A stretch of DNA of 61,161 bases. Source: a virus (Duplodnaviria; Caudoviricetes). The stretch spans positions 1-61,161 of IMG/VR virus record IMGVR_UViG_3300037721_000087. One strand, given 5' to 3'. Numbering within the stretch: the first letter of the stretch is position 1; every line of letters starts with the position of its first letter. Below are positions 19,201-28,558 of the stretch, piece after piece. The translations under genes were made by a program, and so were the position numbers. Below the pieces are notes generated by a model. It did no database searches and was not told the DNA's origin. It saw nothing but the letters and a program-made list of their open reading frames with translations.

Positions 19201-20837
19201 CGATCGCCGAAGGCGAGCCTGGGTCGACGTTCGTCACCCGGCTCTACGGGCCCGGTACCTGGAACGTGACCGGCCTGCCGCACGGCGTCGGGCACTTCGC
19301 TCGCTTCGTGTCGGTCGACCGGGTCGGCAACCGTCAGCCGACCCCCTCGCCGACGAGCGCGGCGGCCACCGCCGAGCAGCTGTTCCCCGACGATCTGCGT
19401 GACTCGATCATCAACGACCCGAACATGATCGCCGCGCAGACGATCGGCACCTTGCACGTGGTCGACGGCGCGATCATCCGCGCCAAGATCGGCAGTGCCG
19501 CGATCGGCTCCGCGCAGATCGAGGAGCTCGAGGTCGGGAAGCTCACCTCGGGCACCATGAACGCCACCGTGGTCGTTGCGGGGTCCTTCCGCACCAGCCT
19601 GAACAGCGCTGCCAACCGGCTGGAGATCGACGCTAACGGCATCCGGCTCTACCAGGGCAGCACGCAGATCGGCCGCTGGCAGGTCTCGGACGCATCCATG
19701 CTGGTCACTGGTACCTACCAGTCCGCCCTGTCCGGCGCGCGGATCAACATCTTCCCCGACGGGACGCTGCGGTTTTACCCGACCTCGGGCACGAACTACA
19801 GCCAGATGTCCAACGTCGGCACCGACGTCGTCTGGCGGGGACCGCTCGACGGCAGCAACCGCTCCGGCCGGATCAACGCGAACGCGCTCGGTGTCGGGAT
19901 CAACTTCTCCGCCGAGGCGAACCTGCTGGAGAGCATCCGCGCTGAGTTCGTCGTGCTCGACCGGCGCACCCGCATGCAGGCGCCGTTCATGGCCTTCGTC
20001 GTCGATGAAGGCTGGACCAACCCTGCCGGCGGGGTATTGCGAGCGCAGTTCTCGACTGCCCAGTCGAACGGGGCCACACGCCCCAACTCCTACGTCAGCT
20101 ACTACTGCAGCGACGAGGGCAACCGGGCTGGGGGGTTCTTCGGTCAGGGCGCTGGGATTAAGTTCGAGGGCGGGCAGGTGCTGGTTACCGGTGATGAGCT
20201 GTCGAACTTTGGAACGATCAAGGCGGCCGTGTTCGCGGAGGGCTCCTCGACGTCGGTCAAGACTGACATCGAGGATGCTCGCGCAGCGCTCGATCCAGCG
20301 GAGACGATCCGTGCTGCTCGGGCTGTCACGTACCGCTACACCAACGCCACCACTGACGATCCCAAGATCGGTGTGCTAGCCGAGGAGCTGCCCGACGTGC
20401 TTGTCCGTAACATCGACAACAGCCCCTCGATCGATCTTGGCTCACAGATCGGTGTGCTGTGGGGCTTCGCGAATCAGGTACTCGACCAGCAGATCGTGTC
20501 GACGAGCGGGAACGTCGTTCTACTCCGGAGCACTCTCGGACCAGGCGGCATCTTGCCCTCAGCCGCGACTGCCGAAGCAAACGTGGTGTGGGACTCCGTA
20601 CCTCCGGCAGCGCCTACCGGTGGGTTCGTGCAGCTGCACAGCTCGTTCGTCTGGGCCGGCAAGGTCACTGCTTGGATCAAGACCGGCACTGTCTCAGCAA
20701 CCGGCTGCACGGTGGTGTTCAAGAACATCTCGAATGGCCAGGTCGTCGTGAACGAGAACAATGACAACTTGCGCGTGAGCGCAACTGTTATCGGCCTCGG
20801 CCTCTTCACTCCACCCTACGAGCCTCCAGAGGAATGA
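16287..20837 (+). CDS. Large tail-tip / host-specificity protein (LamG-like N-terminus, tail hub, FN3-like repeats, S74-like chaperone)
   Basis: 1516 aa; 'ANTWYRVAIT', 'PPAAPTGV', 'AFDRSGNQGAW', 'VDRVGN', 'SSTSVKTDIED...IGVLAEEL'. Confidence 0.8.
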   Translation: MAVRFGGTAGYSATTGIPAGPASTFLFWLYPETTAPAFQSLIYLRNAAGANRWFETAGATIDTFSDVSGATTTAGAIAANTWYRVAITDNGTTTTIYLATQAGVFGTYTGNSPPPATPTLMRLAEAGATGGVERLTGRMAALKSWSATLTATEVAAEFAQFAPVRTTGLVRYHRFTNAATGATAQGGGASTLTVVGTITDAADPVGIPESAAVARTATSVTDTVTTVGYTMLQGELRTASSETGTSTVGEVTAVGHTAAAPSVTGTTTTGAVTSVAHTAEAMSPTDTTTSSSVTVAHFAEATSSTDTVTSVTFVRDTISLPSTGPLFFDFWVVDRATNTLVAPLPDYRDASIAPVLGEPGAVRITYPVDGLNYALLRDGVTHERDLELEVWVGGRKDAGQRVILMESNGDRVAEQGIHTFGGHFLPILLDEMVVLPDPTDEKQETRFVAATAGAIVKTLVQRAQTAGYLTGISTSSFSTTVDSNGVAWGQQANIKFSPGRKYLEVMADLAEYGLCEFEITPDRQLRLYKYGTRGVDRTIGASPMILRRGEHLTQSPRSTSVREAGTDLLAAGKEGLYRTESNATAAALRGRRILRYASANGLDDPEALIGWAQAQLVGASAGQDERAHELSFGPGNPLPIADYDLGDWIGTSTGDPTIGFERERVMQWSFEENEHGEVSGNVVTGTPFMDAVDRLRRRVAAIEGGSTVVGTSEPGAQEEDLTPPAAPTGVLASSIAYQDPEHTQTLAVVTVGWQPVTTNAEGSHDPKVQAAQLILDRMESVDPILEDWTWVDCPQVVRDYNDPLLALFEAEDPEPQPESWLQDYIDENTGTPTVTDDVAGYRVRYAYLGLAQVGGIPSSDPFPEDERVYYEATAPGGTTQTSHSFGGVEGGSNLRIEVCAFDRSGNQGAWTAIGHDVVNDALPPPTPSTPTVSTWFRTMDITWDGLGSAGEAMPPDFDHVEVHVSLANNFTPIAEGEPGSTFVTRLYGPGTWNVTGLPHGVGHFARFVSVDRVGNRQPTPSPTSAAATAEQLFPDDLRDSIINDPNMIAAQTIGTLHVVDGAIIRAKIGSAAIGSAQIEELEVGKLTSGTMNATVVVAGSFRTSLNSAANRLEIDANGIRLYQGSTQIGRWQVSDASMLVTGTYQSALSGARINIFPDGTLRFYPTSGTNYSQMSNVGTDVVWRGPLDGSNRSGRINANALGVGINFSAEANLLESIRAEFVVLDRRTRMQAPFMAFVVDEGWTNPAGGVLRAQFSTAQSNGATRPNSYVSYYCSDEGNRAGGFFGQGAGIKFEGGQVLVTGDELSNFGTIKAAVFAEGSSTSVKTDIEDARAALDPAETIRAARAVTYRYTNATTDDPKIGVLAEELPDVLVRNIDNSPSIDLGSQIGVLWGFANQVLDQQIVSTSGNVVLLRSTLGPGGILPSAATAEANVVWDSVPPAAPTGGFVQLHSSFVWAGKVTAWIKTGTVSATGCTVVFKNISNGQVVVNENNDNLRVSATVIGLGLFTPPYEPPEE

Positions 20838-20841
20838 CCGC

Positions 20842-21246
20842 ATGCCCGTCACTTACACCAACTCGCTACGCCCGGACTCCTTCCCGGGGTTTCGCAAGTC
20901 GTTCCTCTACATCAACGACTCGAACGAGGACGCAGCTTTCGTCGGGTTTGTGCGTGAGACGCTCGACCAGCTGGCGGGTGGGACTGATCTGCGTGTTCGG
21001 AACCTCGTTATCGATCGGTCAGGTGCTCCGTCGTTCCAGTGGGAGACCTGGGAGCGCCAGTGGGTCGACGACGAGCAGGTCTGGGTCCAGACCGGCTCAA
21101 GTTCGTTGGGGATCGGGGCCGGCGGGACGTACTGGAGGTACACGGCCTCGGCCGCGCTCCGCGTCGCTCCGTTCAACATGACCTACTACTGGGAGTGTGA
21201 CGATCTCGGACGCGCATACGACGTGAACGATTTGGTCGTCCCGTGA
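20842..21246 (+). CDS. Hypothetical protein (tail region)
   Basis: Co-oriented ORF closely coupled to neighbours. Confidence 0.65.
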   Translation: MPVTYTNSLRPDSFPGFRKSFLYINDSNEDAAFVGFVRETLDQLAGGTDLRVRNLVIDRSGAPSFQWETWERQWVDDEQVWVQTGSSSLGIGAGGTYWRYTASAALRVAPFNMTYYWECDDLGRAYDVNDLVVP

Positions 21247-21431
21247 CCGCGCCCGAGCAGTCCGGCGCCGAGCTCGACATCGACGAGGTGGCCGCAGAGA
21301 TGAACCGGGACCCCTTGAGCAAAGCGCTGTTTGAGAACGCTCAGCTCCGGGTCCTGCTGCGTAGGACCGTCGCCCGTGTGCAGGAGCTCGAACAGCAGAA
21401 GGCCCCGACCGCGCAGGGGGGCACCCCGTGA
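21243..21431 (+). CDS. Small coiled-coil hypothetical protein
   Basis: GTGA overlaps at both ends. Confidence 0.6.
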   Translation: MTAPEQSGAELDIDEVAAEMNRDPLSKALFENAQLRVLLRRTVARVQELEQQKAPTAQGGTP

Positions 21432-21775
21432 GCTCGCCCGTGGTCGGGGACGGCGAGATGCCCTACCCGCACAATCCGATCACCCACCTGCCCAGGATCA
21501 ACCCGCACATCCAGGTGCACATCTTCCAGTTCCGCGCTGGGCTGGCCGACCAGCTCGTGCAGTGGACCGGGGGAGAGCTCAGCTACACCGACGACGGGCA
21601 TCCACTCATCACCATCCCCGGTGAGCCGCCCGTGGTCGCCGGTCTCGGGGACTACGTCGCCAGTGACGGGAGCCGGTTCTGGGTCGAGCCCCACAACCAG
21701 TTCAACGAGCGCTACTGGCCGGTCGGGCGCGACCCGGGCTGGGACCACGTCTGCCGCTACTACTGGGAGCAGTGA
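21428..21775 (+). CDS. Hypothetical protein
   Basis: GTGA overlap; 'GLGDYVASDGSRFWV'. Confidence 0.6.
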   Translation: MSSPVVGDGEMPYPHNPITHLPRINPHIQVHIFQFRAGLADQLVQWTGGELSYTDDGHPLITIPGEPPVVAGLGDYVASDGSRFWVEPHNQFNERYWPVGRDPGWDHVCRYYWEQ

Positions 21776-21781
21776 TCGCCC

Positions 21782-22174
21782 GTGCCGCTCTGCGCTGACC
21801 TGAACATCTACATCGGGGACACCTACTGGTCCCCGCGCTGGGCGGTCGTCCTGCGCGGGGAGCCCGTCGACCTCACGACCGGCTGGTCGGTCAACTCCCA
21901 GGTGCGCAGGCAGCCCTCGGCGGCCGAGATCATCTACGAGTTCGATCCGGACGACACGGTCATCACCACGGTCGTCGTCTCGGTCGACGGCGCGCAGATG
22001 GAGACCTCCGCCATCCAGCTCTACATCCCGGCCACCGTCTCGGCCGAGTTCGAACCCTGGACCGGTGCGTGGGACCTGGAGATCGTCCACCCCACGCTCG
22101 CCGTCGGCGGCACGCCCTACCGTAAGACCCTCGTTCTGGGGACAGCTCGCACCCGGAGGGACGTGACCCGGTGA
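21782..22174 (+). CDS. Minor tail protein (BppU/LtfC-like adaptor)
   Basis: 'IYIGDTY', 'PVDLTTGW', 'GAWDLEI' pattern. Confidence 0.6.
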   Translation: MPLCADLNIYIGDTYWSPRWAVVLRGEPVDLTTGWSVNSQVRRQPSAAEIIYEFDPDDTVITTVVVSVDGAQMETSAIQLYIPATVSAEFEPWTGAWDLEIVHPTLAVGGTPYRKTLVLGTARTRRDVTR

Positions 22175-22455
22175 GCGACGAAGTGCAGGTCATCGAGATC
22201 GCCCCTGGGAGCGAGCCCACGGTCGTCTACGTCCCGGGCCACAGCAGCAGCGGAGCCGACCCCGCGCTCGCGGCCCTGGTCCATGAGCTCGACGGGCGCG
22301 TGACCGTGCTCGAGGCCGGAGCGGGCGACCCCGACGCCGTGCAAACCCTGGTCGATGCCTCGCTCACCGTGCACGTACAGGCCCTCACTCCGCACCCGGC
22401 CTACGACACCGACATCCCGTCCCTGTCCATCCTCTTCGAGAACGGCCTGGTATGA
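22171..22455 (+). CDS. Minor tail protein
   Basis: 'HVQALTPHPAYD', ends FENGLV; overlapping start and stop codons. Confidence 0.6.
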   Translation: MSDEVQVIEIAPGSEPTVVYVPGHSSSGADPALAALVHELDGRVTVLEAGAGDPDAVQTLVDASLTVHVQALTPHPAYDTDIPSLSILFENGLV

Positions 22456-23105
22456 GCCTCGCGTCGAACATTTCCACCCTCGCGACCCGCGTAGGGACTG
22501 AGTTCAAGACCCTCCGCACCTCTCTGACCGGCAACTCGACCGGCTCGCTCGCCGCACTGGAGACGACCGCCAAGGGCAATCTGGTCGTCGCGATCAACGA
22601 GGTGAACGCGCTCGCCGAGGGTGCGGCCGGTGGCGGCGCCACGATCAACGACGTCACCCCGTCCACGGAGACGGTCTACTCGTCGTCCCGGACCGAGGCG
22701 CGCATCGACGAGCGGGTCACCACCCTTACCGGCACCGCGCCCGCCAACCTCGACACCCTCGGCGAGCTGGCCGACGCACTGGCTGACGACGCGAACTTCG
22801 CTGCAACGGTCACCACTACGCTCGCCACCAAAGCGCCGCTCGCTTCCCCCGCCCTGACCGGCACGCCCACTGCGCCCACCGCTGCGGCGAACACGAGCAC
22901 GACCCAGTTGGCCACCACGGCCTTCGTGCAGCAGGAGACGCCGAACGCGTCGGCCACGGTCGTCGGCATGGTCGAGCTCGCCACCGACGCAGAGGTCGCT
23001 ACCGGCACCGACACCACCCGCGCGGTCACTCCGGCCGGCCTGCGGTCCGTGACCGGTGACCCTGAGACCAACTACGTCACCGTGTTCGAGGCAGGTCTCG
23101 TATGA
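22452..23105 (+). CDS. Tail fibre-like protein
   Basis: 'APANLDTLGELADAL', 'KAPLASPALTGTPTAPTA...TTQLATTAFV' fibre motifs. Confidence 0.8.
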   Translation: MSLASNISTLATRVGTEFKTLRTSLTGNSTGSLAALETTAKGNLVVAINEVNALAEGAAGGGATINDVTPSTETVYSSSRTEARIDERVTTLTGTAPANLDTLGELADALADDANFAATVTTTLATKAPLASPALTGTPTAPTAAANTSTTQLATTAFVQQETPNASATVVGMVELATDAEVATGTDTTRAVTPAGLRSVTGDPETNYVTVFEAGLV

Positions 23106-24232
23106 CCGTGGCCGCCTCGGTTGCGGCACTCGCGACTCGCCTTGCGACCGAGTTCAACTCCGTGCGCACCGCGCTCGCGGCCAAGGCCGACGACGCGGCC
23201 GTCGTGCACGACACCGGCACTGAGACGATCGACGGCGCCAAGACGTTCTCGACCGCCCCCGTCATCCCGGTCGGCACCCTGACCACGCACCCGGTCCGGC
23301 GCGACGACGACCGTCTGACCGACGCCCGCACGCCGACCGCGCACGTCCACTCCGGCGCCGACGTCACCACCGGCACGGTCGCCTACGCGCGACTCCCGGT
23401 CGGCACAGCGGCAAGCACCGTTGCCGCCGGGGACGACAGCCGCATCACGGGTGCTACGCCCTCCACTCGCTCGGTCATCGCCGGCACAGGTCTGACTGGC
23501 GGCGGCACCCTGGCCGCCGATCGGACGCTCACCGTCTCCTACGGCACCACTGCCGGCACAGCAGCCCAGGGCAACGACACGCGCATCACCAGCGCCACGC
23601 CCACCTCTCGCGCCATCACCGCTGGCACCGGACTCACCGGCGGCGGCGACCTGTCCGCGAACCGCACGCTGGCGGTCGCCTATGGCTCGGCGGCGAGCAC
23701 CGCCGTACAGGGTAACGACACCCGCGTGACGGCCGACCAGGCCGTCGCTACCGCCTCGATCCGCACGATCGGCACCGGTGCACTACAGGCCGCTGCAGGG
23801 ACCGCCCCGGCCGCCGCTGTGGCCGCCCACGAGGCCGCTGGGGACCCGCACCCGCAGTACTTGACCGTGGCCGAGGCCGACGCGCTGTACCGCGCGCTGA
23901 ACCCGGCACCCCGCACCGCACCGATCACGGGGAACGTGAACGTCGACGTCGGCTCGCCCGGCGATGTGCAGCTCACGCTCAACACAGCGACCGCCTTCAC
24001 CCTCACGCCCACGCTCGGCGTCAACGGCCGAACCTGCGTCGTCGAGGTGTTCGCCTCTGTCGGCGCCACCCGGACGGCCACCTGGGCGAGCACGGTCAAG
24101 CTCACCGACGGTGTGACCGCGCTCGGTCTCGCGATCCCCGCCAGCCGTGTGGGCGTGTTCCTGATCCGGTACTCGACCCTCGGCGGACTCAACCAGTACG
24201 AGCTCGCCTCGGCCTACCTGCGGGCAGCCTGA
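23102..24232 (+). CDS. Tail fibre-like protein
   Basis: 'ETIDGAKTF', repeated 'GT.AxT.AxG(N/D)D.RIT' and 'AGTGLTGGG.L.A.RTL' units. Confidence 0.8.
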   Translation: MTVAASVAALATRLATEFNSVRTALAAKADDAAVVHDTGTETIDGAKTFSTAPVIPVGTLTTHPVRRDDDRLTDARTPTAHVHSGADVTTGTVAYARLPVGTAASTVAAGDDSRITGATPSTRSVIAGTGLTGGGTLAADRTLTVSYGTTAGTAAQGNDTRITSATPTSRAITAGTGLTGGGDLSANRTLAVAYGSAASTAVQGNDTRVTADQAVATASIRTIGTGALQAAAGTAPAAAVAAHEAAGDPHPQYLTVAEADALYRALNPAPRTAPITGNVNVDVGSPGDVQLTLNTATAFTLTPTLGVNGRTCVVEVFASVGATRTATWASTVKLTDGVTALGLAIPASRVGVFLIRYSTLGGLNQYELASAYLRAA

Positions 24233-24233
24233 C

Positions 24234-24986
24234 GTGCCCATCGCCTTCCGGAGTGCAGCCTTCGCGGTCGGCGACACGGACGCCCTCATGGGAGACGGCA
24301 CCTCGGCGACGCTCGCCACCAAGCCGGCGGACTGGGCCACCGACGACGTCGTGCTCGCGATCGTCACCACGAGCCAGGACAGCGACGCCACTACCGCGTT
24401 CTCCGGCACCGGCTGGACCACCGACGCCGGCTCGTTCTTCAACGACAACGCAGGCGCGGCCTACATCAACAGCGGGTTCCTCTGGCGCCAGGCCGGCGCG
24501 TCCGGGCCCTACACCATCTCCAAGGTGGGCGACACCGCGAACGACCAGCTGATCGTCCACTTTCTGGCGTTCTCCGGCGTCGACACGACCACGCCCATAG
24601 CCGCGACCCCGGCGGCGACCGACGCAGCGGTGAACGCCACCTCGCTCGTCGCACCGGCCGTCACCCCTGCCGCAGGGCTTCCCTCGCAGGCGATGTTGAT
24701 CTGCGCCTGGGTCAGTGCGTGGTTCATCGCCGGTGGCGTGGGCGCGGACCGCTGGGGCGCGGTGCCGGCCGGCATGACCGAGGGGCAGGACTACGGCGGC
24801 GCCTGGTCGCAGATGGTCTCCGCCTACCAGCTCGTCGACTCCGGCTCATCGACCGGCACCCGGACGATGACTGCGCCGCAGGCGGGCGCGAACGGTGTCC
24901 GTCCTCGCGGCCTGTCCATCGCGCTGCGCCCGGCCGCAACGGCCACGGGCCCGTCCGCTGGGCGCCGTCTCCTGCTTACCGGCTGA
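24234..24986 (+). CDS. Minor tail / receptor-binding protein
   Basis: Beta-rich Ala/Thr/Gly protein 'MPIAFRSA', 'FSGVDTTTP'; ends the tail cluster. Confidence 0.6.
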   Translation: MPIAFRSAAFAVGDTDALMGDGTSATLATKPADWATDDVVLAIVTTSQDSDATTAFSGTGWTTDAGSFFNDNAGAAYINSGFLWRQAGASGPYTISKVGDTANDQLIVHFLAFSGVDTTTPIAATPAATDAAVNATSLVAPAVTPAAGLPSQAMLICAWVSAWFIAGGVGADRWGAVPAGMTEGQDYGGAWSQMVSAYQLVDSGSSTGTRTMTAPQAGANGVRPRGLSIALRPAATATGPSAGRRLLLTG

Positions 24987-25104
24987 TCGTTAACTGTCCG
25001 TAGGCCACGGACGCCAGAGGGAGGGAGACAGTTGCACCCGCCCTGCCCGCCGAACGATGGAGACCCGCACGCGTGGCCAGACCGATCTGGCGGGGGATAC
25101 GACG

Positions 25105-25398
25105 ATGACCGTGGAGATGATCAGCGCGATCTCCACGGGGGCGATCGGGCTCATGACCGCACTCGCCGCACTACTGGCGAACCGGTCCCGCCGCCGTAGC
25201 GAGGACACCCGCGCGACACGTCGGCTCTACCGAGACCTGCAGCGCAAGTACCACGCCGCCATGGGGCATGTCTTCCTCCTCGAGCAGAAGCTCGTTCAGG
25301 CGCGTAAGCCGGTACCGCCCCGGCCCGAGATCCTGGAATCCGACGATGACGACGACGGACCACCTCCCACTCCAGTCCGCGCCAATGCCTCCGCCTGA
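25105..25398 (+). CDS. Membrane protein (lysis region)
   Basis: N-terminal TM 'ISAISTGAIGLMTALAALLA' then coiled coil. Confidence 0.6.
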   Translation: MTVEMISAISTGAIGLMTALAALLANRSRRRSEDTRATRRLYRDLQRKYHAAMGHVFLLEQKLVQARKPVPPRPEILESDDDDDGPPPTPVRANASA

Positions 25399-26212
25399 CC
25401 CCCTGGGCGGGGTGCACCGCAAGGAAGACCGCCCGGCCGTCCGGCTGTGGCTGGTCATCCTGCTCATGGTCGTGGGCATAGGTGCCACCGTCGGTGGGCT
25501 CTACACCACGTTCAACGTCGGCCAGGTCGAGGATCAGGCAGTCGCCGCGATCGAGGAACGCGACGCCACCGCCGTGCAGGCCGAGAATCTGGCCCGCCAG
25601 GTGATCGCCGTGTGCGAGCGCGGCGAGGTCGTGCCGAGCCCGACCGGGGACGATCTGTGCCAGCGCGCGGCAGAGGTCCGGGCCGAGCCGATCCCCGGCA
25701 TCCCGGGCGCGACCGGTGCCACGGGCCCGGAGGGCGAACGAGGACCCGGACCGACCGCGCAGCAGATCGAGGGCGCAGTGGCCGCCTACCTCGCCGAGAA
25801 CCCGCCCCCGGCCGGACGGCCGCCGAACGCGGCCGAGGTGACCGCAGCGGTCGCTCAGTACCTCACCGCCAACCCTCCCGCCCCCGGACGCCCACCGACC
25901 GCGAACGAGATCGAGAACGCGGTCGAGACCTGGTTCGCGAACAACCCGCCCCCGCCCGGCCCCGAAGGTGAGCGCGGACAGGAGGGCGAGCGCGGACAGA
26001 CCGGCGAGCGCGGGCCCGGCCCGACCACTGAGCAGGTCCAACAGGCCGTAGCCGACTACCTGCAGGAGAACCCGCCCCCGCCCGGCCCGGCATGCCCGGA
26101 GGGTTCCACCCTCCAGGGCGTGGTCTACGCCGACAACACGACCGGATACGGATGCGTGCTCGACGCCCAGACCCCGCCCGAGCCGCCCGAACCAACAACC
26201 GAGGGCGGGTAG
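25385..26212 (+). CDS. Membrane-anchored collagen-like / Pro-rich protein
   Basis: TM 'LWLVILLMVVGIGATVGGLY'; G-X-Y repeats; four 'AVxxYLxxNPPPxG'-type repeats. Confidence 0.75.
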   Translation: MPPPDPLGGVHRKEDRPAVRLWLVILLMVVGIGATVGGLYTTFNVGQVEDQAVAAIEERDATAVQAENLARQVIAVCERGEVVPSPTGDDLCQRAAEVRAEPIPGIPGATGATGPEGERGPGPTAQQIEGAVAAYLAENPPPAGRPPNAAEVTAAVAQYLTANPPAPGRPPTANEIENAVETWFANNPPPPGPEGERGQEGERGQTGERGPGPTTEQVQQAVADYLQENPPPPGPACPEGSTLQGVVYADNTTGYGCVLDAQTPPEPPEPTTEGG

Positions 26213-26215
26213 CAC

Positions 26216-26605
26216 GTGGCGAGGATCGACGAAGAGCTGGAGATGCCCCGGTTCGAGGCCGGCCTGCGGATCGCGACGGTGGCTCTGCTCGGCAGCGTCC
26301 TGGTCGGGCTGGCCGCTCTGATGTTCTACCTGATCACGTTCGCGCAGGACCAGCGCGAGACCAACGAGTGCTACCAGGCCCAGATCGTCGCGCTGACCAA
26401 CTGGGCGGCCGTCGTCTCACAGGCGGGCCGGTCCGACCGGCAGGCCCAGCGCGAACTTCTGCTCGCGCAGGGCGAGTTCGCGGGCGGCCAGAGCGGCGCG
26501 CTGGAGCGCTACCTGCGCCAGCTCGACGAGGCGGACCAGACCCGGTCCGCTGCCCCCGTCCCGCCACTCACGTGCGGTCGTACCGCACCGATGAACGGGA
26601 GCTGA
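26216..26605 (+). CDS. Membrane protein
   Basis: TM 'IATVALLGSVLVGLAALMFYLITFA'. Confidence 0.65.
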   Translation: MARIDEELEMPRFEAGLRIATVALLGSVLVGLAALMFYLITFAQDQRETNECYQAQIVALTNWAAVVSQAGRSDRQAQRELLLAQGEFAGGQSGALERYLRQLDEADQTRSAAPVPPLTCGRTAPMNGS

Positions 26606-26607
26606 GC

Positions 26608-26790
26608 ATGCGCACGCCCTACGGCGAGTGGCGCGAGGACGGCAACTCCTCGTCCGGGTACTCCTGGTTCAGCACCCGCCACGACGACGAGCACGCCGAA
26701 CTGCTCGCCTACCTGATCAACCCGGACGCTCTCCCCGCGTTCGACGAGGTCGACTCGACCACGATCGTCGACGACGGGACCCCCGACTGA
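26608..26790 (+). CDS. Small hypothetical protein
   Basis: MRTPYGEWRED...; stop overlaps endolysin ATG. Confidence 0.5.
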   Translation: MRTPYGEWREDGNSSSGYSWFSTRHDDEHAELLAYLINPDALPAFDEVDSTTIVDDGTPD

Positions 26791-27683
26791 TGCCCCTCGT
26801 CCGCTCGCAAAACGGCTGGTCCGCCAACGACCGGTCCATGGTCGCCTCCTACCAGATCCCCGGCGGCAAGGTCGCGCTCCGCAAGGGCGACGTCTCGGTC
26901 ATCCTCATCTGGTGCGCCCAGCGCTGGCACGAGACCGTCGAGCCGCTCGTCTGGCCCGGCAACTGGGGCTACGCGGAGCGCCCGGTGCGCGGCTCGGCCA
27001 CCACCTTGTCCAACCACGCGTCCGGCACGGCCATCGACCTGAACGCGCCCAAGCACCCGCTCGGCGTGCGCGGCACCTTCAGCGCCGGTCAGGTCCGGGC
27101 CGTGCGCGCCATCCTCGGGTTCTGCGAGGGCGTCGTGCGCTGGGGCGAGGACTACCGCTCCCGCGCCGACGGCATGCACCTGGAGATCAACGCAGGCGCA
27201 GCCGACGTCCGCCGCGTTGCCGACAAGATCCGCGCGCTGCCCAGCAGTGGCGGCTTCGTCGCAGCCGGCAAGACGCTCGCTCCCCCGCCACCCCCACCCG
27301 CACCGCCCTGGACCGAGGAGCACCGCGTGCACATCCCCCTCCCCGTCGACGCCTACGGCCGGTTCCGCGCCACCGCGATGGTCGAGACCGCATCGGTGGT
27401 CGCCTCGGACGCCTACGCCACCTGCGCCAGCACGTGGGGCAAGACCAAGTTCCTGATCACGGTCCTGCGCCACGACGGCGCCGTGCTCGCCCAGTGGCGC
27501 CCGGTGCTGGACAACAACCGGCAGTGGGGTGACCGGCTCCCGGTCGGCGCGCGCATCATCACCTTCGAGGGCCTGGTCGAGTTCGCTCCCGTCGAGGAAG
27601 AGCGCGACGAGGACGGGAACCTGCACCAGTCCGACCCCGGCACCCAGCCCGCCGCCGCGATCTGGACCCTGCCGCCCAAGTAG
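26790..27683 (+). CDS. Endolysin, M15-family zinc peptidase with C-terminal domain
   Basis: 'SQNGW', 'WGYAERPVRG', 'SNHASGTAIDLN', 'DGMHLEI', Pro linker. Confidence 0.9.
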   Translation: MPLVRSQNGWSANDRSMVASYQIPGGKVALRKGDVSVILIWCAQRWHETVEPLVWPGNWGYAERPVRGSATTLSNHASGTAIDLNAPKHPLGVRGTFSAGQVRAVRAILGFCEGVVRWGEDYRSRADGMHLEINAGAADVRRVADKIRALPSSGGFVAAGKTLAPPPPPPAPPWTEEHRVHIPLPVDAYGRFRATAMVETASVVASDAYATCASTWGKTKFLITVLRHDGAVLAQWRPVLDNNRQWGDRLPVGARIITFEGLVEFAPVEEERDEDGNLHQSDPGTQPAAAIWTLPPK

Positions 27684-27722
27684 AACAGCCCCGGCTCCGA
27701 CCGGGTAAAGAGAGGAACCACC

Positions 27723-27998
27723 ATGACCAGCCCCGTTCCCCACACCAACGGTCTCTCCCCGAAGGCCGCTGCGGCCGGCGCGGTCGGCCTGCTCGTCGGC
27801 ATCGCGATCGCCGTGCTCAACGCCGTCCAGGACGCGAACTTGCTCGGCGACCTGGCCATGCCCCTGCAAGTCATCCTCCTGGCCGCGATCCCGCCCGTGC
27901 TCACGTTCCTGGGCGCCTACCAGGCCTCGCCCGGCAACGTCGTCAGCGGCAGCACTGCGCGGCACGAGGCGCCCCCGGTGAACGAGGGAGGGTTCTGA
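27723..27998 (+). CDS. Holin
   Basis: Two TM segments, directly after endolysin. Confidence 0.75.
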   Translation: MTSPVPHTNGLSPKAAAAGAVGLLVGIAIAVLNAVQDANLLGDLAMPLQVILLAAIPPVLTFLGAYQASPGNVVSGSTARHEAPPVNEGGF

Positions 27999-28000
27999 CC

Positions 28001-28150
28001 ATGTGGTCCGTGGTTGCGTACATCGGCGCGATCCTGTGCTTTCTGCTCGTGGTGTTCAACGCCCCGATCGCGCTCAACCTGACCGCGCTCGGTCTCGCGT
28101 TCATCGCCGTCGGCCTGCTCGTCGGCCACCTCCCGGTCCGCCGGACCTGA
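28001..28150 (+). CDS. Small two-TM membrane protein
   Basis: Hand translation MWSVVAYIGAILCFLLVVFNAPIALNLTALGLAFIAVGLLVGHLPVRRT; GGAGG upstream. Confidence 0.65.
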   Translation: MWSVVAYIGAILCFLLVVFNAPIALNLTALGLAFIAVGLLVGHLPVRRT

Positions 28151-28168
28151 CCGCACTACGCTGACCTC

Positions 28169-28546
28169 GTGGCCCTCGTCGACCAGCTGCGCGCGTGGGT
28201 CGATCTCCCCCGCAACGCAGCGCTCTTGCCCCAGATCCTCGAACTCCTCGAAGGGATGAACCTCAACATGGCCGCTGACCGCGACATGATGGCCCAGCTC
28301 GCTGCTGACCTCGACACGCTCGCCACCCCGATTGGTGACGTGCTCACCAAGTACGAGGCAGCGAACGCGCGCATCGCCGAGCTCGAAGGACAGGCCGCCG
28401 CCGACGAGGTCGCCGACCTCGACGCACTGCAGCCGGTCCGTGCGGCCTACCAGCGCATCGCTGACCGGTTCCAGGCCGAGCCCGAGGTGCCCGACGTGGC
28501 GCCGCTGCCCGAGCCGCCCGCTGACGGCGAGTCGCAGCCCGTCTGA
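28169..28546 (+). CDS. Coiled-coil hypothetical protein
   Basis: Last + strand ORF of the late operon; start uncertain. Confidence 0.6.
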   Translation: MALVDQLRAWVDLPRNAALLPQILELLEGMNLNMAADRDMMAQLAADLDTLATPIGDVLTKYEAANARIAELEGQAAADEVADLDALQPVRAAYQRIADRFQAEPEVPDVAPLPEPPADGESQPV

Positions 28547-28558
28547 TCGATCACCGCT

